Positions 39,640 through 52,220 of a stretch of DNA of 64,000 bases are shown piece by piece; position 1 is the first letter of the stretch; each line of letters opens with the position of its first letter. This DNA is from Podarcis vaucheri (lineage: Eukaryota), in assembly GCA_965113315.1 (NCBI GenBank), contig OZ220364.1; one strand, written 5' to 3'. The notes under the pieces were generated by a model that did not search any database, was not told the DNA's origin, and saw only the letters and a list, made by a program, of their open reading frames with translations. Position numbers and translations under genes: made by a program.

Positions 39640-41068
39640 AGTCAAAGCCATAGGGTTAGAAGGGCCCAACAGTTTGGGTAGCTCCAGGAATGACTCCTAG
39701 AACAAAAATCTGCCCATTGACTGGAAGTGTACAGCTCAATTCTTGGTTTTCTGACAATCGGCCTGCTTGAAAGGAAACAAACTTATGCCCGGCAAATTTC
39801 CACCCCATCAGACCTTTGACAACTTTCATGCCATCCTACTTTCATAGCAGCCTTTTTGCTAGTAGGTTATGATTGCCATCCTCCATCCAGGAAGGAGCTA
39901 TTCGTTGTCTGAATTTCCGTTTCCTAGAAGTGCCTCCGACTCTTATTTCCTCCAACACATCATCAAGCAACCCTGATGGAAATGGAAATACAGAGCGGAT
40001 GGAATCAGCTCAGTCTGGCCACGGAGAAAACATTTTGAACCAATCTGAAACAAGGAAATAACCTTCAGGGTGTAACTACTGTGGCTGAACAACCACAGAA
40101 ACAGAAGCTTGTTCACTTTATATGCCAATCTTGTTTATGGCTTCAAGATGCTAGGTTAGTTGCGTATAGTTTATTGCATTCTTTTAACGCTAGCTTTTAT
40201 ATCATAGTTTTTCATGTTTCCACTACTTTCAAAAAGAATATTCAAAGCACAACAATCATCTTCCTTTCATCACATACACCCCACCAAATAATTTAAGTTC
40301 ATTTGGAATGTGAAGGTTTATTGGAACATATGTGAGATCAAGGTGCCTTTCTTGGAGATAGAGGGACCTAGCATAGAACAAGGACAAAACTGTTGTTATT
40401 TTACCTACTTGCATTGTTGTCTAATTGCAGGGAATGGAGAGTTACCAGAAAACATTTGGGATGTCTGAATGAACAATTTGTAGGTGAGAATTGTAGGTGA
40501 GAACTGAGGGCATCATGGCAATTAATTCACAATTCTACTCTGATCTATATTTGCAAGAATGAGTTGAGGAGAACCTGCACAACCAATTTAACTGTCATAT
40601 ATACAGGTTGATCTACTTCCCCACGGATACATACACACACATCCTCAGAACACAATAGTACTATTAAAAGTACAATTCTGCATGTGTCTACTCAGAAGTA
40701 AGTCCTACTGAGTTCAGAACTTCCACACAATTCAGACCACTGCTGAACAAGCTGTAGAAGAGGTCGTACAAAGAAGACAACTAATTTATTTGGCACGATT
40801 TCATGAATCCAGACCAAGCTCCCACTTGAATGAGTGGCATGACTTGTCTATTTGCAATGCTTTCAATGGGACCAAAGTAGGCTGGATCTAAACTGTTGTG
40901 TCCAGAAGGCAGTCAAATCCATGGGGTAAGGGCTCAAAGGTTTTGGGTAGGCCCAGGAGTGACTCCTAGCGCAACATCTGGCCATTCACTGGAAGCATAC
41001 AGCTCACCTCTTGTTTTTCTGACAACCAGCCTTCTTGAAAGGAAATAACTTCTGCCGGACTAATTCCC
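39640..41068 (+). repeat. Diverged ~160-bp direct repeat pair (39640-39802 and 40911-41068)
   Basis: Shared blocks AGTCAAA.CCAT.GGGT, TTTGGGTAG, CCAGGA.TGACTCCTAG, ACTGGAAG..TACAGCTCA, TTTTCTGACAA, CTTGAAAGGAAA. Confidence 0.85.
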
Positions 41069-43169
41069 ATTCTGCCAGTGTTAGATTCTGCTATAAATTC
41101 ATAAGGAACAAGTTCTGGCTTCCAACTGCAATAATACTAGCCTAACCTACTGGATTATTTTAAGAATTGCTGAAATAATGTATGTGACGTACTCTCGACA
41201 ATCGAAAATACTAAAGAAATACATGCTAATGCTGCGATCCTATGCTTACTTGCTGAGATTAATCTCTCAGTAGGGCTTGCTTCTAAGTAGCAGGGGTTTC
41301 CAATGAAGAACGAATGAAGAACAGAAACACGGGTCCTCTCAAATACAACTAATTTCGTTGTTCCAATGTGGAGTTGTCTTGCTTCCACTATCAGTTTTGC
41401 TAATAAAGCTTTCCTTGGCCTGGTTGTCTTTATGCGCATAGATTCCCATGAGATCAAGGTTGTGGGCAGGCAGGGGAAGCATAGGAAATACCACGCCGGA
41501 TCAAAACATCATGTTATCCATTTTGAAACTGCAACAGATTTCTTCCTTTCTCTGTTTTAAAGTGTAGCCAGTGGTTGTGTGTGACTTTGTGCAACCACAC
41601 CTTCAATCCAGAGTGGTTTTTTTCTGACTTTGAAAAGAGCTGTAGGATAATGGGCAATTGTGTCCATGATCCTTTTTCTTTCCCAGTAAACCATTAGAGA
41701 TTGCCACCTGGCCAGTTTTTTTCTGCCACCTGATTGCTTTTCTAATACTGAATCGATGACAGTCAATGGACAGCTTCTAAATGTGCATATATTTATATTA
41801 ATGAAATACCATATTGCACCAGTGGCTATTATTTTGTTTTCCTCAGGGGTAGGGGAAGACTCCTGATCACAGAAGTGAGAAAATGGGAAATTATTGATCT
41901 GATCTATCGTTGCTTGAGGGCCTGTGGCCATTAATATTCCCAGAAACCAGCTTTTTATACTCAAAGCTGGGAACTCATGTAATCATGTGTTACCTGGCTC
42001 TCCCATGTTTTTCATCTTTTTAAATGATTCTAAACAAGGAGATGGAAGAGGTGGAGGCAGAATAAGCACACACCTTGCCCTAGTAACTCCCAAAAGTCCA
42101 ACATCTCAGTCACCCGAGCATCATATCCCATTGTAACAAATGTCCAGAACAGCAGCTGTGATAGCCTGTTGCAGCGAAAACAATTGTTGTTTGTGGCAGG
42201 CTAACGACTTAATTGATTATGGCACAAGCATTGTGTGTACCACAATATACACCTCTGTGAATCTGATTGCTACGAACTCGGCCTCACAATTCATTTGAAG
42301 GGAATATGCAGTGGACAAGCCAGTTGCTCAAGACATCTCTCAGAGGTGGATTTAGGGCAGCATGCCCAGTTCCCCCACATAGGGCACTGAGCCAAGGCAA
42401 TGCCTTCCTGCCTACTTCCCAGAGCCTAGAAAGCACTCAGTTCGGGTTGGAGACGTAACGGTTCTGGCAGGGTCCTAGAGTCTCCTTCCTTCTCGAAGCC
42501 TAGTTAGCACTTGCCCTGCTTTGAGAGGGATGAAGAAGGGCTCTAGGACCACGCTAGAGCCCTCATGCCTCCTTCCCATAGCCCAGTGCTTTGTTTACTC
42601 GGCTTTGGGAAAGCAGTGTGAAGGCTGGGAGGAGGCGTCAAATTTGGGTCTCACTTGGGGCACCATATTACCATTTCTCTTGCCTGTTTTCTTTTGAAGA
42701 AAGAAGACATTCCTCGTTGTTTTGTTTTGTTTTTTGAAGGAAGGTCAAGATGTGGACACTGCAAAAATGACTTAACACTTTGCTGGGGCGGTTCCACCGG
42801 GTTTGGTTTTCATTTATTTGAAAGGCTGCATGTTTTCAACAGAACAAGGCATCAAGACGGATGTGAGGCAATCATCCTTCCAAATGTTCCCAACTAGAAG
42901 ACGGGATTGTACTGGAAGCAAGGGAAATGGTTACAAGAGGACATCAAACATTAAGTTATCTGGATTTATTTAAGTTAACTTGGGAGCAGCGGGGTATTAT
43001 GTCTTACAGTGGAAAATAATAAAATGAAACTCAACAAAGAAAAGCATTAAGCATGACACATTGGAAAGAAATGGCAAATGTATAATTACCAAACTGGGGA
43101 GACGATTGTCTGGGCTCCAGCATTACCGAGAAGGAATAAGAAGGAATGAGAGTCTATCTGAAGCTGAGC

Positions 43170-43500
43170 CAGCAACGTAGCATTTCTTACAAGACAACAG
43201 ACACTAGTTGAAGCTGTATTAACAGCATCTTCAGCCTGCCAGACGGGAGGGGGTAATAGTCTTGTTTTATTTGGCACTAAGTAGGTCTCCAGTGCAGTAT
43301 TGTGTCCAGTTGTGGTCACCACTTTTAAAGACGGATTAGACTAAACTGAAAACGATTCTGAGGGAAGCAACAAAACTGACACTTTGGAATGCATGACACG
43401 GGAGGGGGGAAACTGTAGAAACTTGTCGTGGTTAGTTAGCCTAGAGGAAAGAAGGGTGGATGGAAAGAAATGATAGCAGCTCTCGGGTATTTAGACATGC
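43170..43500 (+). mobile_element. Degenerate CR1 LINE ORF2 3' fragment (probable continuation ~44350-44450)
   Basis: GTATTGTGTCCAGTTGTGGTCACCAC (YCVQ.WSP), AGCCTAGAGGAAAGAAGG (SLE.RR), ATGATAGCAG; later TTCCTAACTGTAAGA..CTGGAGGCTTTTAA. Confidence 0.72.
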
Positions 43501-43696
43501 AGGGAAAGAAAACCTGGAGCAGCTCCTCCCCAAAGGCCCAATTCTGACTGAAGTGGTAAGCCAACATCTGCGTTGCCCTGCTTCAAATTGCAGGTGAGGG
43601 CTGACAGTTGTGCCAGCGGTATAGTGGCATCATGCACAGTGCAACCCAGATTCATGTTCTGGCAGGTGCATGCCTTTCTGTCTCTTTGGAGAAGGA

Positions 43697-44077
43697 GTGT
43701 CGCTCTGTTGTAGAGCACCTGCTCTGCATGAAAAAAATTTCATTGGCACCTCCATTTAGAGCTCGGGAAAACTTCTGACTGAAGAGACATTGCTAGTTGG
43801 TGTAGAGTAGACAATCATGGGCTAGATCAGGCATGTCCAAAGTCCATTTTGGGGGCCTAATTCAGTCCGCCGGTCAGTTTAATCCGGCCCCTGTGGCAGT
43901 TAATTTCCTGGGGTAAAATCCTCAAGAACGTCAATCCTAAAAAAAGGTTAACAACTTTGGTCAGCCCTTTGGTCGGCCCTCACGGCCCTTAACTTCATCA
44001 AATCTGGCCCTCTTTGGAAAAGGTCTGGACACCACTGGGCTAGATAGACCAATGAATTGACCTGTTATAAAGCAGCT
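43697..44077 (+). mobile_element. Degenerate Squam3-like SINE split by the hAT MITE
   Basis: GTAGAGCACCTGCTCTGCATG head; GTAGACAATCATGGGCTAGAT|[MITE]|AGACCAATG...TATAAAGCAGCT tail. Confidence 0.7.
43828..44037. mobile_element. hAT (Charlie-like) MITE nested in a SINE
   Basis: 8-bp TSD GGCTAGAT (43820-43827 / 44038-44045); TIR CAGGCATGTCCAAA vs CAGTGGTGTCCAGA; internal (C/T)GGCCC repeats. Confidence 0.88.
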
Positions 44078-44191
44078 GTGCTTCATAACTGCATATTTCT
44101 CCATCAGGAAGATCCAGAAAACTAGATGTCAAAGAGAAATCTTCTAGAATATCCTTCTGCCCAACATACTAGTTTTCTATGAGTAGAAAAC

Positions 44192-44194
44192 TTT

Positions 44195-44238
<44 letters not shown>

Positions 44239-44240
44239 TC
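44192..44240. repeat. (TTTC)n microsatellite
   Basis: Direct reading, about 12 units. Confidence 0.95.
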
Positions 44241-44614
44241 AACTCAAGTGGCACTGTCAAGACACAGGTTTAAAACCTCAGGGAAAGAAGGACATGAGGG
44301 AAGCACTGAAAGGACAAGAGGCACCAAATTAAAGTTTCAGCAGAGCTGAAATCAGGTGACTACCTTCCTAACTGTAAGAAGTGGGCCACAGAATAAGTTA
44401 ACTGTGGAAGTTGGGCAATTTATTTCTGGAGGCTTTTAAAGGGAGGCTCCATGAGGTCAGCTCTTGTGGTTCTATGCACTGGCATTCTTATAGATCCCCC
44501 AGGGGAAATGATACATTGCTAGGCTTTCAAATTAAGAGCTCATTCTAATGCCCTGTTTCTTTCTTGCCACTTAGTTATGGCTAGAAAAAAACTTTTGCCC
44601 AAAGCACACCAATT

Positions 44615-44782
44615 NNNNNNNNNNNNNNNNNNNNNNNNNNNNNNNNNNNNNNNNNNNNNNNNNNNNNNNNNNNNNNNNNNNNNNNNNNNNNNNNNNNNNN
44701 NNNNNNNNNNNNNNNNNNNNNNNNNNNNNNNNNNNNNNNNNNNNNNNNNNNNNNNNNNNNNNNNNNNNNNNNNNNNNNNNNN
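44615..44782. other. Assembly gap (168 N)
   Basis: Run of n. Confidence 1.
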
Positions 44783-46118
44783 GACTTACGACATTTAAAA
44801 TAATTAAATGCACAGGAATAAAAACAAACTAGTTAAAAACAATAGATTTGTTGATGTTGATGTTTTGAAGGTAACATGCTGGTCTTGCAGGGAGGGATTT
44901 TAAATGAAACATTTAAGTGAGCAAGTTTCCATTCATCAGAGGGCTGTGAATGGTTTCCCTGGCCCACTTCAAAAGACCGGGGCAGTGTGTCCGCTGGGGT
45001 ACAACTCATTCAGGGGCACTACAGGAGATGTGAAAACATCTGCTCAAGTCAGGCCGGCGTCTTTCAGGACTGTTTTCCCCTTGCTAATAATTGTCTGTGT
45101 TCTGTCATCTAGAAAGGGGACTTTGTATGTTGTCTCCCAGGTATTCTAATGCTAATTTGTTTAGTTAAAAAGAGAGGAGGCTAAACAGATGTGAGCCATT
45201 TGGTTAGGTTGTAGTTCATTTGTTAGAAAGTGCAAAGGCTTCTTGGGAGGATATTAAATATTACCTTAGCTATTCATGAACACTTCATATTTCAAGAGAG
45301 GGAGGGCGGCAGGGATTGCACTCAATAAATCAAGCTTTTTTTAAAAAAAAAAAGAATGATGGAAAAAGGCAAACATTTGATAAATCTATGTCATTATGCC
45401 TGCAGATCAAAGGGCTTTACATATGTATTTATGCAAGTGGCAACCTAGGAGACAATAATAACAAACATAGATCTCCGGCGGCTTTGTGAAAATAAAAATT
45501 AGCCTGTTCTAATCTGTAATTATCTGGGAAATGTGCAAGGCAGGAGGTTGCTGGCTACAGGAGTGTTTCAGCTTGGTAAAACCAAAGGGATGAAGCGGCT
45601 TCCACTCAGTTGCCAAATCCCAGGAAACACTGAAACTGGCAAATGTTGCTAAGCACAATGCATATAGTTTGGGGTAGTTAGATGTCTGTCACTACATTGT
45701 ACTAGTATTTTTGAGCAAAATATAAATGGGGCTGGTTTAATAAATAGGAAATCTAATGTGCTTTTAGGATATTTGCATATATAACATAATCAGGCCAGAA
45801 TCTTATGCCCATTTACCTGAGATTGTCCAATGTTTATTATTCCTAAGCAGACATGCAAAAATAGCCAGCTATAAGTCCCTCTCTTGAGTTTTGTGTGCTG
45901 TTGATATGAGATAGAAATCAGAAGAGAGTCATTTTTTTAATCAGTTGTACTCTATGAGCCAGGTTTGCATTCCATGTGATTTTAAGCAACAGCAACAACA
46001 GGCTTCAGATGTTAAATTACTTCTCGATTATGCCTGTAGAATCTCTGCCCAATCTTAGGCTTTACAGCAGCCTTCCTAAATCTGGTGCCTACAAAATTCC
46101 ATCGGCACCATATATATA

Positions 46119-46327
46119 CAGTGTTACTTCGGGTTACATACGCTTCAGGTTACAGACTCCGCTAACCAAGAAATGGTACCTCGGGTTAAGAACTTTGCTT
46201 CAGGATGAGAACAGAAATCGTGCTCCAGCGGCGCGGTGGCAGCAGGAGGCCCCATTAGCTAAAGTGGTGCTTCGGGTTAAGAACAGACCTCCAGAACGAA
46301 TTAAGTTCTTAACCCGAGGTACCACTG
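46119..46327 (+). mobile_element. Tc1/mariner-superfamily MITE, family A copy 2
   Basis: TA|CAGTGTTACTTCGGGTTA...CCGAGGTACCACTG|TA; aligns to 12790-13015. Confidence 0.92.
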
Positions 46328-46514
46328 TAGCACAGTTGGGCTAGCTGGTACTGACGAAGGTTGCTTTACATTATGATCCTATGCAAATCAGAAGTCCCAC
46401 AAATTTCAGTAAATATAACAATGGCAGTTTGATCCTCCACTTGTTGACTTGGAAGCGACTCTCACCGTTTTATATCTTCTCGTAATCAATGGGCTTCCTT
46501 CCTCAATTCTAGAA

Positions 46515-46640
46515 AAATAATAGAAGGGAACAAAAGGGTCAGCTAGTCCAACCCTCTGCAACGCAGGACTCTTTTGCCCAACATGGGACTCGAACCCACA
46601 ACTCTGAAATGAAGAATCTCATGCTCTACCAACTGAGCTA
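46515..46640 (-). mobile_element. tRNA-Lys-derived SINE with CR1-like 3' tail
   Basis: Minus strand TAGCTCAGTTGGTAGAGCATGAGATTCTT..GTGGGTTCGAGTCCCATGTTGGGC followed by GGGTTGGACTAG..GACC..TCCCTTC. Confidence 0.8.
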
Positions 46641-47718
46641 CATAAGTCGCCATAACTTTTGATGCATCAGTTCCAGTGTAAATAGTTAATGAATACGGAA
46701 AAGATCCATCAGTTTGATTGGCCCAAACATTAAAAGTTCATAAAAGGGCATTGTTCTCTCTGTCTGTCTGGCTAGAGTGAACACACTGTGTATTTGTGCT
46801 CTAAAAAGAGAAATGGAAGTGAAGGACTTTATTTATTTACTTACTTACTTTTCTTCCTTGTTTGATGCAACCACAATTGTTCTCTGTGTCTTTCCATTCC
46901 TCAGCACTGTTTCAGATATTCCAGCCATTCGATTTCTACCTCTTCCCTCGAGCAATGTCCACACTCCATCCATCTCACTAAAAAATAAAAAAATAAAAAG
47001 TTCTTTGACATCCAGCCCACATTTTTTCTTGACTCAACTCTGTCATGTCACTCCTACTCATCTCTCCTTGGAGCACTGGAAAACACTCCTCCCCATTCAA
47101 GCCAAATGGCCTTGAGCCAGCAAAGAACGGTGTTTGCAGAAAGAGGGATTAAAACTTTAGGGGCAGGTCAGGGCAAAAAAAAAAAAAAAAGTATAATGAC
47201 TTCCGGTTTCTTGGGAGAAGAAATGGAGTTGACTGGGTGTTTATGACGGAGAATAAGAGTACACCCCGAACCCACTCAGCCAATGAAACCCAAAGGAGGG
47301 AGTTGTGTTACAGCATGAAAATGATTCCCTTTGGCTGAACATGGCAACATTTCTAAATGAAGTTAGGCCTGATTTACACATTACAGACATAAGACTATGG
47401 AGACTGCTTGAAATTGCTCCACTACTTGGCTGATACAACCACTGAGCTGAAGGAAAAATTAAAATGACAAACACCCTGAAATTCTGATATGAAACTAAAA
47501 GCCGCAAGTGGTGTGGAATGGCCACAGAAATGGGGAAACAAATCCACTCTCTTCATGCATCTCTGTGATGCCCACTTGTTTCTGCTCCCCAAAATGACCA
47601 CATTGCAATGTGCATTGGAACTGGGACCTGTTGGTCACAAAGGGGAAAGCTATTAGTATGCAATTTTCAGTTCAAATGTCCAAAAGGAGTTCTAATGCTA
47701 TAATGAAAATGGAGTATT

Positions 47719-47969
47719 GAAGAAGAAGAGGAGGAGTTTGGATTTGATATCCTGCTTTATCATTACCCGAAGGAGTCTCAAAGTGGCTAACAATCTCCTT
47801 TCCCTTCCTCCCCCACAACAAACACTCTGTGAGGTGAGTGGGGCTGAGAGACTTCAGAGAAGTGTGACTAGCCCAAGGTCACCCAGCAGCTGCATGTGGA
47901 GGAGTGGAGACGCAAACCCGGTTCACCAGATTACGAGTCTACCCCTCTTAACCACTACACCACACTGGC
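47719..47969 (-). mobile_element. Well-preserved tRNA-derived CORE/MIR-type squamate SINE
   Basis: Minus strand begins GCCAGTGTGGTGTAGTGGTTAAGAG (A box), has a degenerate B box and the GTGACCTTGGGCTAGTCAC core, and ends in a (CTC/CTT)n tail. Confidence 0.85.
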
Positions 47970-48435
47970 AGCCCGCTGATTCAATCCAGGACAACAGCCA
48001 CATAGTAGCTGAAACATAGATATCAGCCCTTGTTCTACCAGAATCAGAGCAAATGCTGCTCTGTTTTTAAGCAAACCCAGGGCTAGGACAACTCATTTTG
48101 AAAGGGAATTAGTTTCATTTCCATTTCATGCGCTCCAAAAGGAAATCCAGTCCAGTTCAAGTTTGCCTCCTTCAAAAAAGAACTAATTCGATTTGAGTTC
48201 AATTTGCAATTCATTCATGTGGTACTCGGCATTTTCTCCAGCTAAAGTTTAAAATATAGTTAAGCAAACTAAGAAACCATCTGAACGCACATGGAGTGTA
48301 ATGTGAATAATGTTGTCATTTATTTTCCCAGTGATTGTACTCTTTCAGCTTAAACAGCAGCATCAGTTCTCAGATACTGTTGGTACAAATAGTAGGCACA
48401 GTGTCTGCAGTCAAACACAAGAGTTAAGTGTGATG

Positions 48436-48439
<4 letters not shown>

Positions 48440-48471
<32 letters not shown>
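48440..48471. repeat. (GT)n microsatellite
   Basis: Direct reading. Confidence 0.95.
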
Positions 48472-48472
<1 letters not shown>

Positions 48473-49759
48473 GAACTGAATTTAAAATTACCCAAAGTTC
48501 CACCACAATAGGAACTTAATTCACATTCAGTTCACCCAGAAATTATAAGAACTCCTTTCAGATGTAATTTAGAGATTTTTTGAATTAATTCAGTAAATTA
48601 GTATGAATTAGCTCATTCCAGGCGCACTAGGCTGCTTAGATCAACATATGAAAGGAAATAATGTCAGAGGCACTTTGTCTCATACCCATTCTTAAGAGCA
48701 TTGAGAGTAGGTCCAAATGCATATCAAAAGAACAACAGTACAGCTCACTCCAGGGATGGATTGGGGAAGCCAGGAGATGTAGAGGGCTACAAAATGTGGG
48801 TGGTAATAAACTCCAGCTCACTTCTATAGTACTTACTCAGTCCTTGGCTGGGGCTGTTGAGTAAATGATTCCTGACCTGAGACTCCCTTTTTCTCTCTTT
48901 CTTCCACTGGCTGGAGGAACATGAGGGTATGTGAGGGGTGTGACTATAGGCCTAGGACTTTTCTCAGTTAAGACACAAACCGCCATTAGTGTGAAAGGGG
49001 GGAAACCACATTCACATTCTAATAACAAAGACATGAGACAAAAGATGCAAATAATTAGCTGCCAATTCACTCTTTAGCATGTTGAATCAAACAGCCACCA
49101 TAAGTAACATTCAGACTAGGTCAAATCCTACAGAAAAGACTAAATAAAGTGCAGTCTTGCCAATCAACCTTATCTAAGCAAACAAATACAAAGTCATGTC
49201 AACCTCTTTCTCTTTATTGGTCCAGATTGAGATTTTATGTTAGCCACTTGGAGACTGAGGAAAGAACTGGAGATAAGGGGAGGGGGAGCAACTAATAATC
49301 TACTATAGATGGTAATTAGGCTCTGAACTTCCATGCCTACAAAAGACTCATAAATTGTGAAAGACAAGCTGCATCATTCCTCAAGTGACCGGGGAGCCCA
49401 GGTCCATCTGTGTACCACACACAACCCAAAAGAATGGCCGCATGAAGAATGGGACTGTTCTTACATACACAACATGGAAGTTGGAACCAGTTTGCTGCAT
49501 GATCCCCGGGCATCATTACTCAGAAGTAAACCTCACTGAGTTCAAGGAGACCTACACCCTTGTAAATGTGCTCACAACTGTAGCCTTAAATTATTTTAAC
49601 ATGTCTTTTTGCACCAGACCTCAACTGGGATCAAATACACAGATCAGTTGTAACTCAATCCATCTGCAGCGTGAAAGTTTTCTAACCACATATTTTTCTT
49701 GTTGCACAATTTGAGATTTGATGATGCCCGATTTGAAAAGCCTTGATTCAATCAGAGGC

Positions 49760-50765
49760 ATTTTATTTAATTTTTTAAAAAATATATATATATTAAAGCT
49801 TTTCTTGGTTTACAAAAGCACATGCCATTTTCAGGCTGTACAGTCTTTCTTACAAATCAGTTACATTTGTTGTGAGACATTAGTGTTGAGTACAGTATAA
49901 GGGTGGGGAGAGGAGGGATGGTGAGGCTTATATTCTTTTATATTTTATATTCTTTTATACAGTGTACATGTGGGGTTTTGTGTCAGCATCAACTGGGTTG
50001 GTTCCCTTTCTATTTGTTTATTACACATCCTTGGTGGTGAGAGGTTTTGGGGGGCAGGGTGTGGTTAGTTGTCTGTGGTTGGCTGCAGTGGGGTTTGTTT
50101 GCATTTGTGAGGGGGGGAGGTTTTGTTGGGTCAGGTAAACTAGATTGCTTTATATGCTGTTAGTGGAGTCTTGTTGTTGTCTTGTTGGGCTGTGTATGTA
50201 AATGGGGTGAAGGTGTCCACTTCTATTTGTCCCCATGACAGTTTCAGTTTATTGGTTAGCTTTTCTGGTAAGGCCGTTTCCCATACAATCCGATACCATT
50301 GGTCCTTGTTTACTCCTGACAGGCCTCTCCAGTGTCTGGCTATGAGCCTTCTGGCTGCTGAGAGATGGTGGGTTATAAGCTCTGTATAATGTGAGTGGTC
50401 ATTATGATCTTGGAAGATGTTCAGTAGGGCCAGTTCTGGGGTGAGTTCTAATACCTGTTTAGTTCTTTTGCATATCTCTTGTAGGACTGCTGTCCAGAAG
50501 GGTTGAATATACAGTGGTACCTCGGGTTACATACACTTCAGGTTACATACGCTTCATTTTACAGACTCCGCTAACCCAGAAATAGTACCTCGGGTTAAGA
50601 ACTTTGCTTCAGGATGAGAACAGAAATCGTGCTTTGGCGGCGCAGCGGCAGCAGGAGACTCCATTAGCTAAAGTGGTGTCTCAGGTTAAGAACAGTTTCA
50701 GGTTAAGAACAGACCTCCGGAACTAATTAAGTACTTAACCCGAGGTACCACTGTATTGGGCAAGC
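49760..50765 (-). mobile_element. L1/Tx1-clade LINE 3' fragment (ORF2 C-terminus + 3'UTR + A-rich tail), interrupted by a MITE
   Basis: Minus strand from ~50509 to 50140 reads IQPFWTAVLQEICKRTKQVLELTPELALLNIF...LSAARRLIARHWR...WYRIVWE...*, typical of the region after the L1 CCHC knuckle. A/T tail near 49760-49795. Confidence 0.8.
50512..50753 (+). mobile_element. Tc1/mariner-superfamily MITE, family A copy 3, nested in an L1-like LINE
   Basis: TA|CAGTGGTACCTCGGGTTA...TAACCCGAGGTACCACTG|TA, perfect 18-bp TIR. Confidence 0.93.
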
Positions 50766-52086
50766 CTTCCTGGACTTTTCTAGAAAAAATGAAATTGACC
50801 TCTTCTGTCACTTCCTACCTCTTGGAGATGATGTGATTGGCTCCCAATGCTTCCAGGCAAAGAAAGAAGGCAGAAGGGGATTCCACATGCCCCAATAAAC
50901 TCCTGGAATAAAGCTGCCCTCCAAGTGGCCCGTCTAAATAAGAGCCCTGGCCCTTTTCTACAGAGAGAAGTAACAGGAAAGGATCCAGATGCTGGCAGGG
51001 AAATCTGTTAAATGGTGATGGGAGGGTTATCCTCCCAAAAGCCAAAAGGTGTATGTCATCAGGGCTAGTTGAAGCTCTGGGTAATTGGCCTGGAGTATCT
51101 GAAAAGTCTCTGTGCCTGCAGCCTGTGCAACAGAGCCAGGGCGGAGGAAGCCTTTGCATTGCACTGGGAGTCTGTTAGCCATGAATCATTCCTGGGGGGG
51201 AGGGATGGAAGGAGCCAACTTGCACAGCCCCTAACCAGATCCCCAGTGAATTTCACAAACTGTCCACAAGGCCAATATTATTTTCTATAAAGGCAATATT
51301 GTAAAGAACACAGTACTCACGTCCACTTGCTGTAGCAAAATAAAGGTCACCCCCCCCAAGCCCAAGCAGGGTGAGTTTGCTGCTAAGGAACGGCACCTGC
51401 AAGTTGACTTCAGAACACCCACACCCACCACTGCCACATTCATCCCAGGCTACAAAGCGCTGCTTGGCCAGGGACTGGGCTGGGCTTGACTTTCCTGCCG
51501 GAAAAGAAAGCCCAGCTGCTGATCTGCAAGGCTGTAACTGATCTACCCCGGGAGGCCTCTCCGGAGTGCCGTTCCGTGCACACACACACACCCTTTCCCA
51601 GTATCTCAGAACCATTCCGGAGGAAAATGCGAGAGAATCTCTGCTTCGTTTTTCCCACCCGCAGAGAGTGTTGAAACTGGCTCAGGAACGCCTGTTCGTT
51701 TTGTGTTGACGGCCAGGAGATGAGATGAGCTGAACCAAACTGAAGAGGTCCCTTCCTCCTCTGGAAGCTGCCTTGTGTGAGTCTCCACGGACTGATGACG
51801 CTGCCAGCATCGTCATGCATTGGGAATGACTCCTGGCAGGACCGGTGCGATCAAACGGTGAGGCGCGCAAATTCTGGCGCGGAAGCAAGGCCCTCCCCTT
51901 TGACACCGAAGTACTGGGAGCGAAAGCGCTCCCCAACTATTCCCGGGGACACATTTCGGAAGAAAGGCGCTTTCGTCCTTACGATTCTGTGCACAGTTAC
52001 TTGGGAATAAGCCCCGTTGCGATCAGTGAGGTTTCCTTGCAAGGAAGCGCTCGCAGACCTAAAGGCTGAAGTGATGGGCAGCAGCA

Positions 52087-52220
52087 AGGGTTGCCATATT
52101 TTGAAGAGCAAAAAAGAGGACACATGATTTGCCGACTTCTACTTTTAACTATGGATCGCTATGACGATTCTACCCACGGAAGAGAGGACATGCCCTGGAA
52201 AAAGAGGACCTATGGGACCC
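52087..52220. mobile_element. Short hAT-like element related to 36981-37275
   Basis: AGGGTTGCCAT start, three AGAGGAC motifs, ATGGGACCC end. Confidence 0.5.

Noticed and set aside
40478-40503. 13-bp tandem duplication TTGTAGGTGAGAA x2
   Set aside because: Ordinary micro-duplication with no sign of function.
42340-42670. Possible Harbinger-like MITE remnant (GGTGGATTTAGGGC start)
   Set aside because: No matching second TIR or TSD found.
45976-46344. 122-aa ORF
   Set aside because: Runs through a non-coding MITE; no transposase or other recognisable motif.
46571-46640. tRNA-Lys-like sequence on the minus strand
   Set aside because: Mutated stems, no 5' acceptor strand, and fused to a CR1-like tail: a SINE head, not a tRNA gene.
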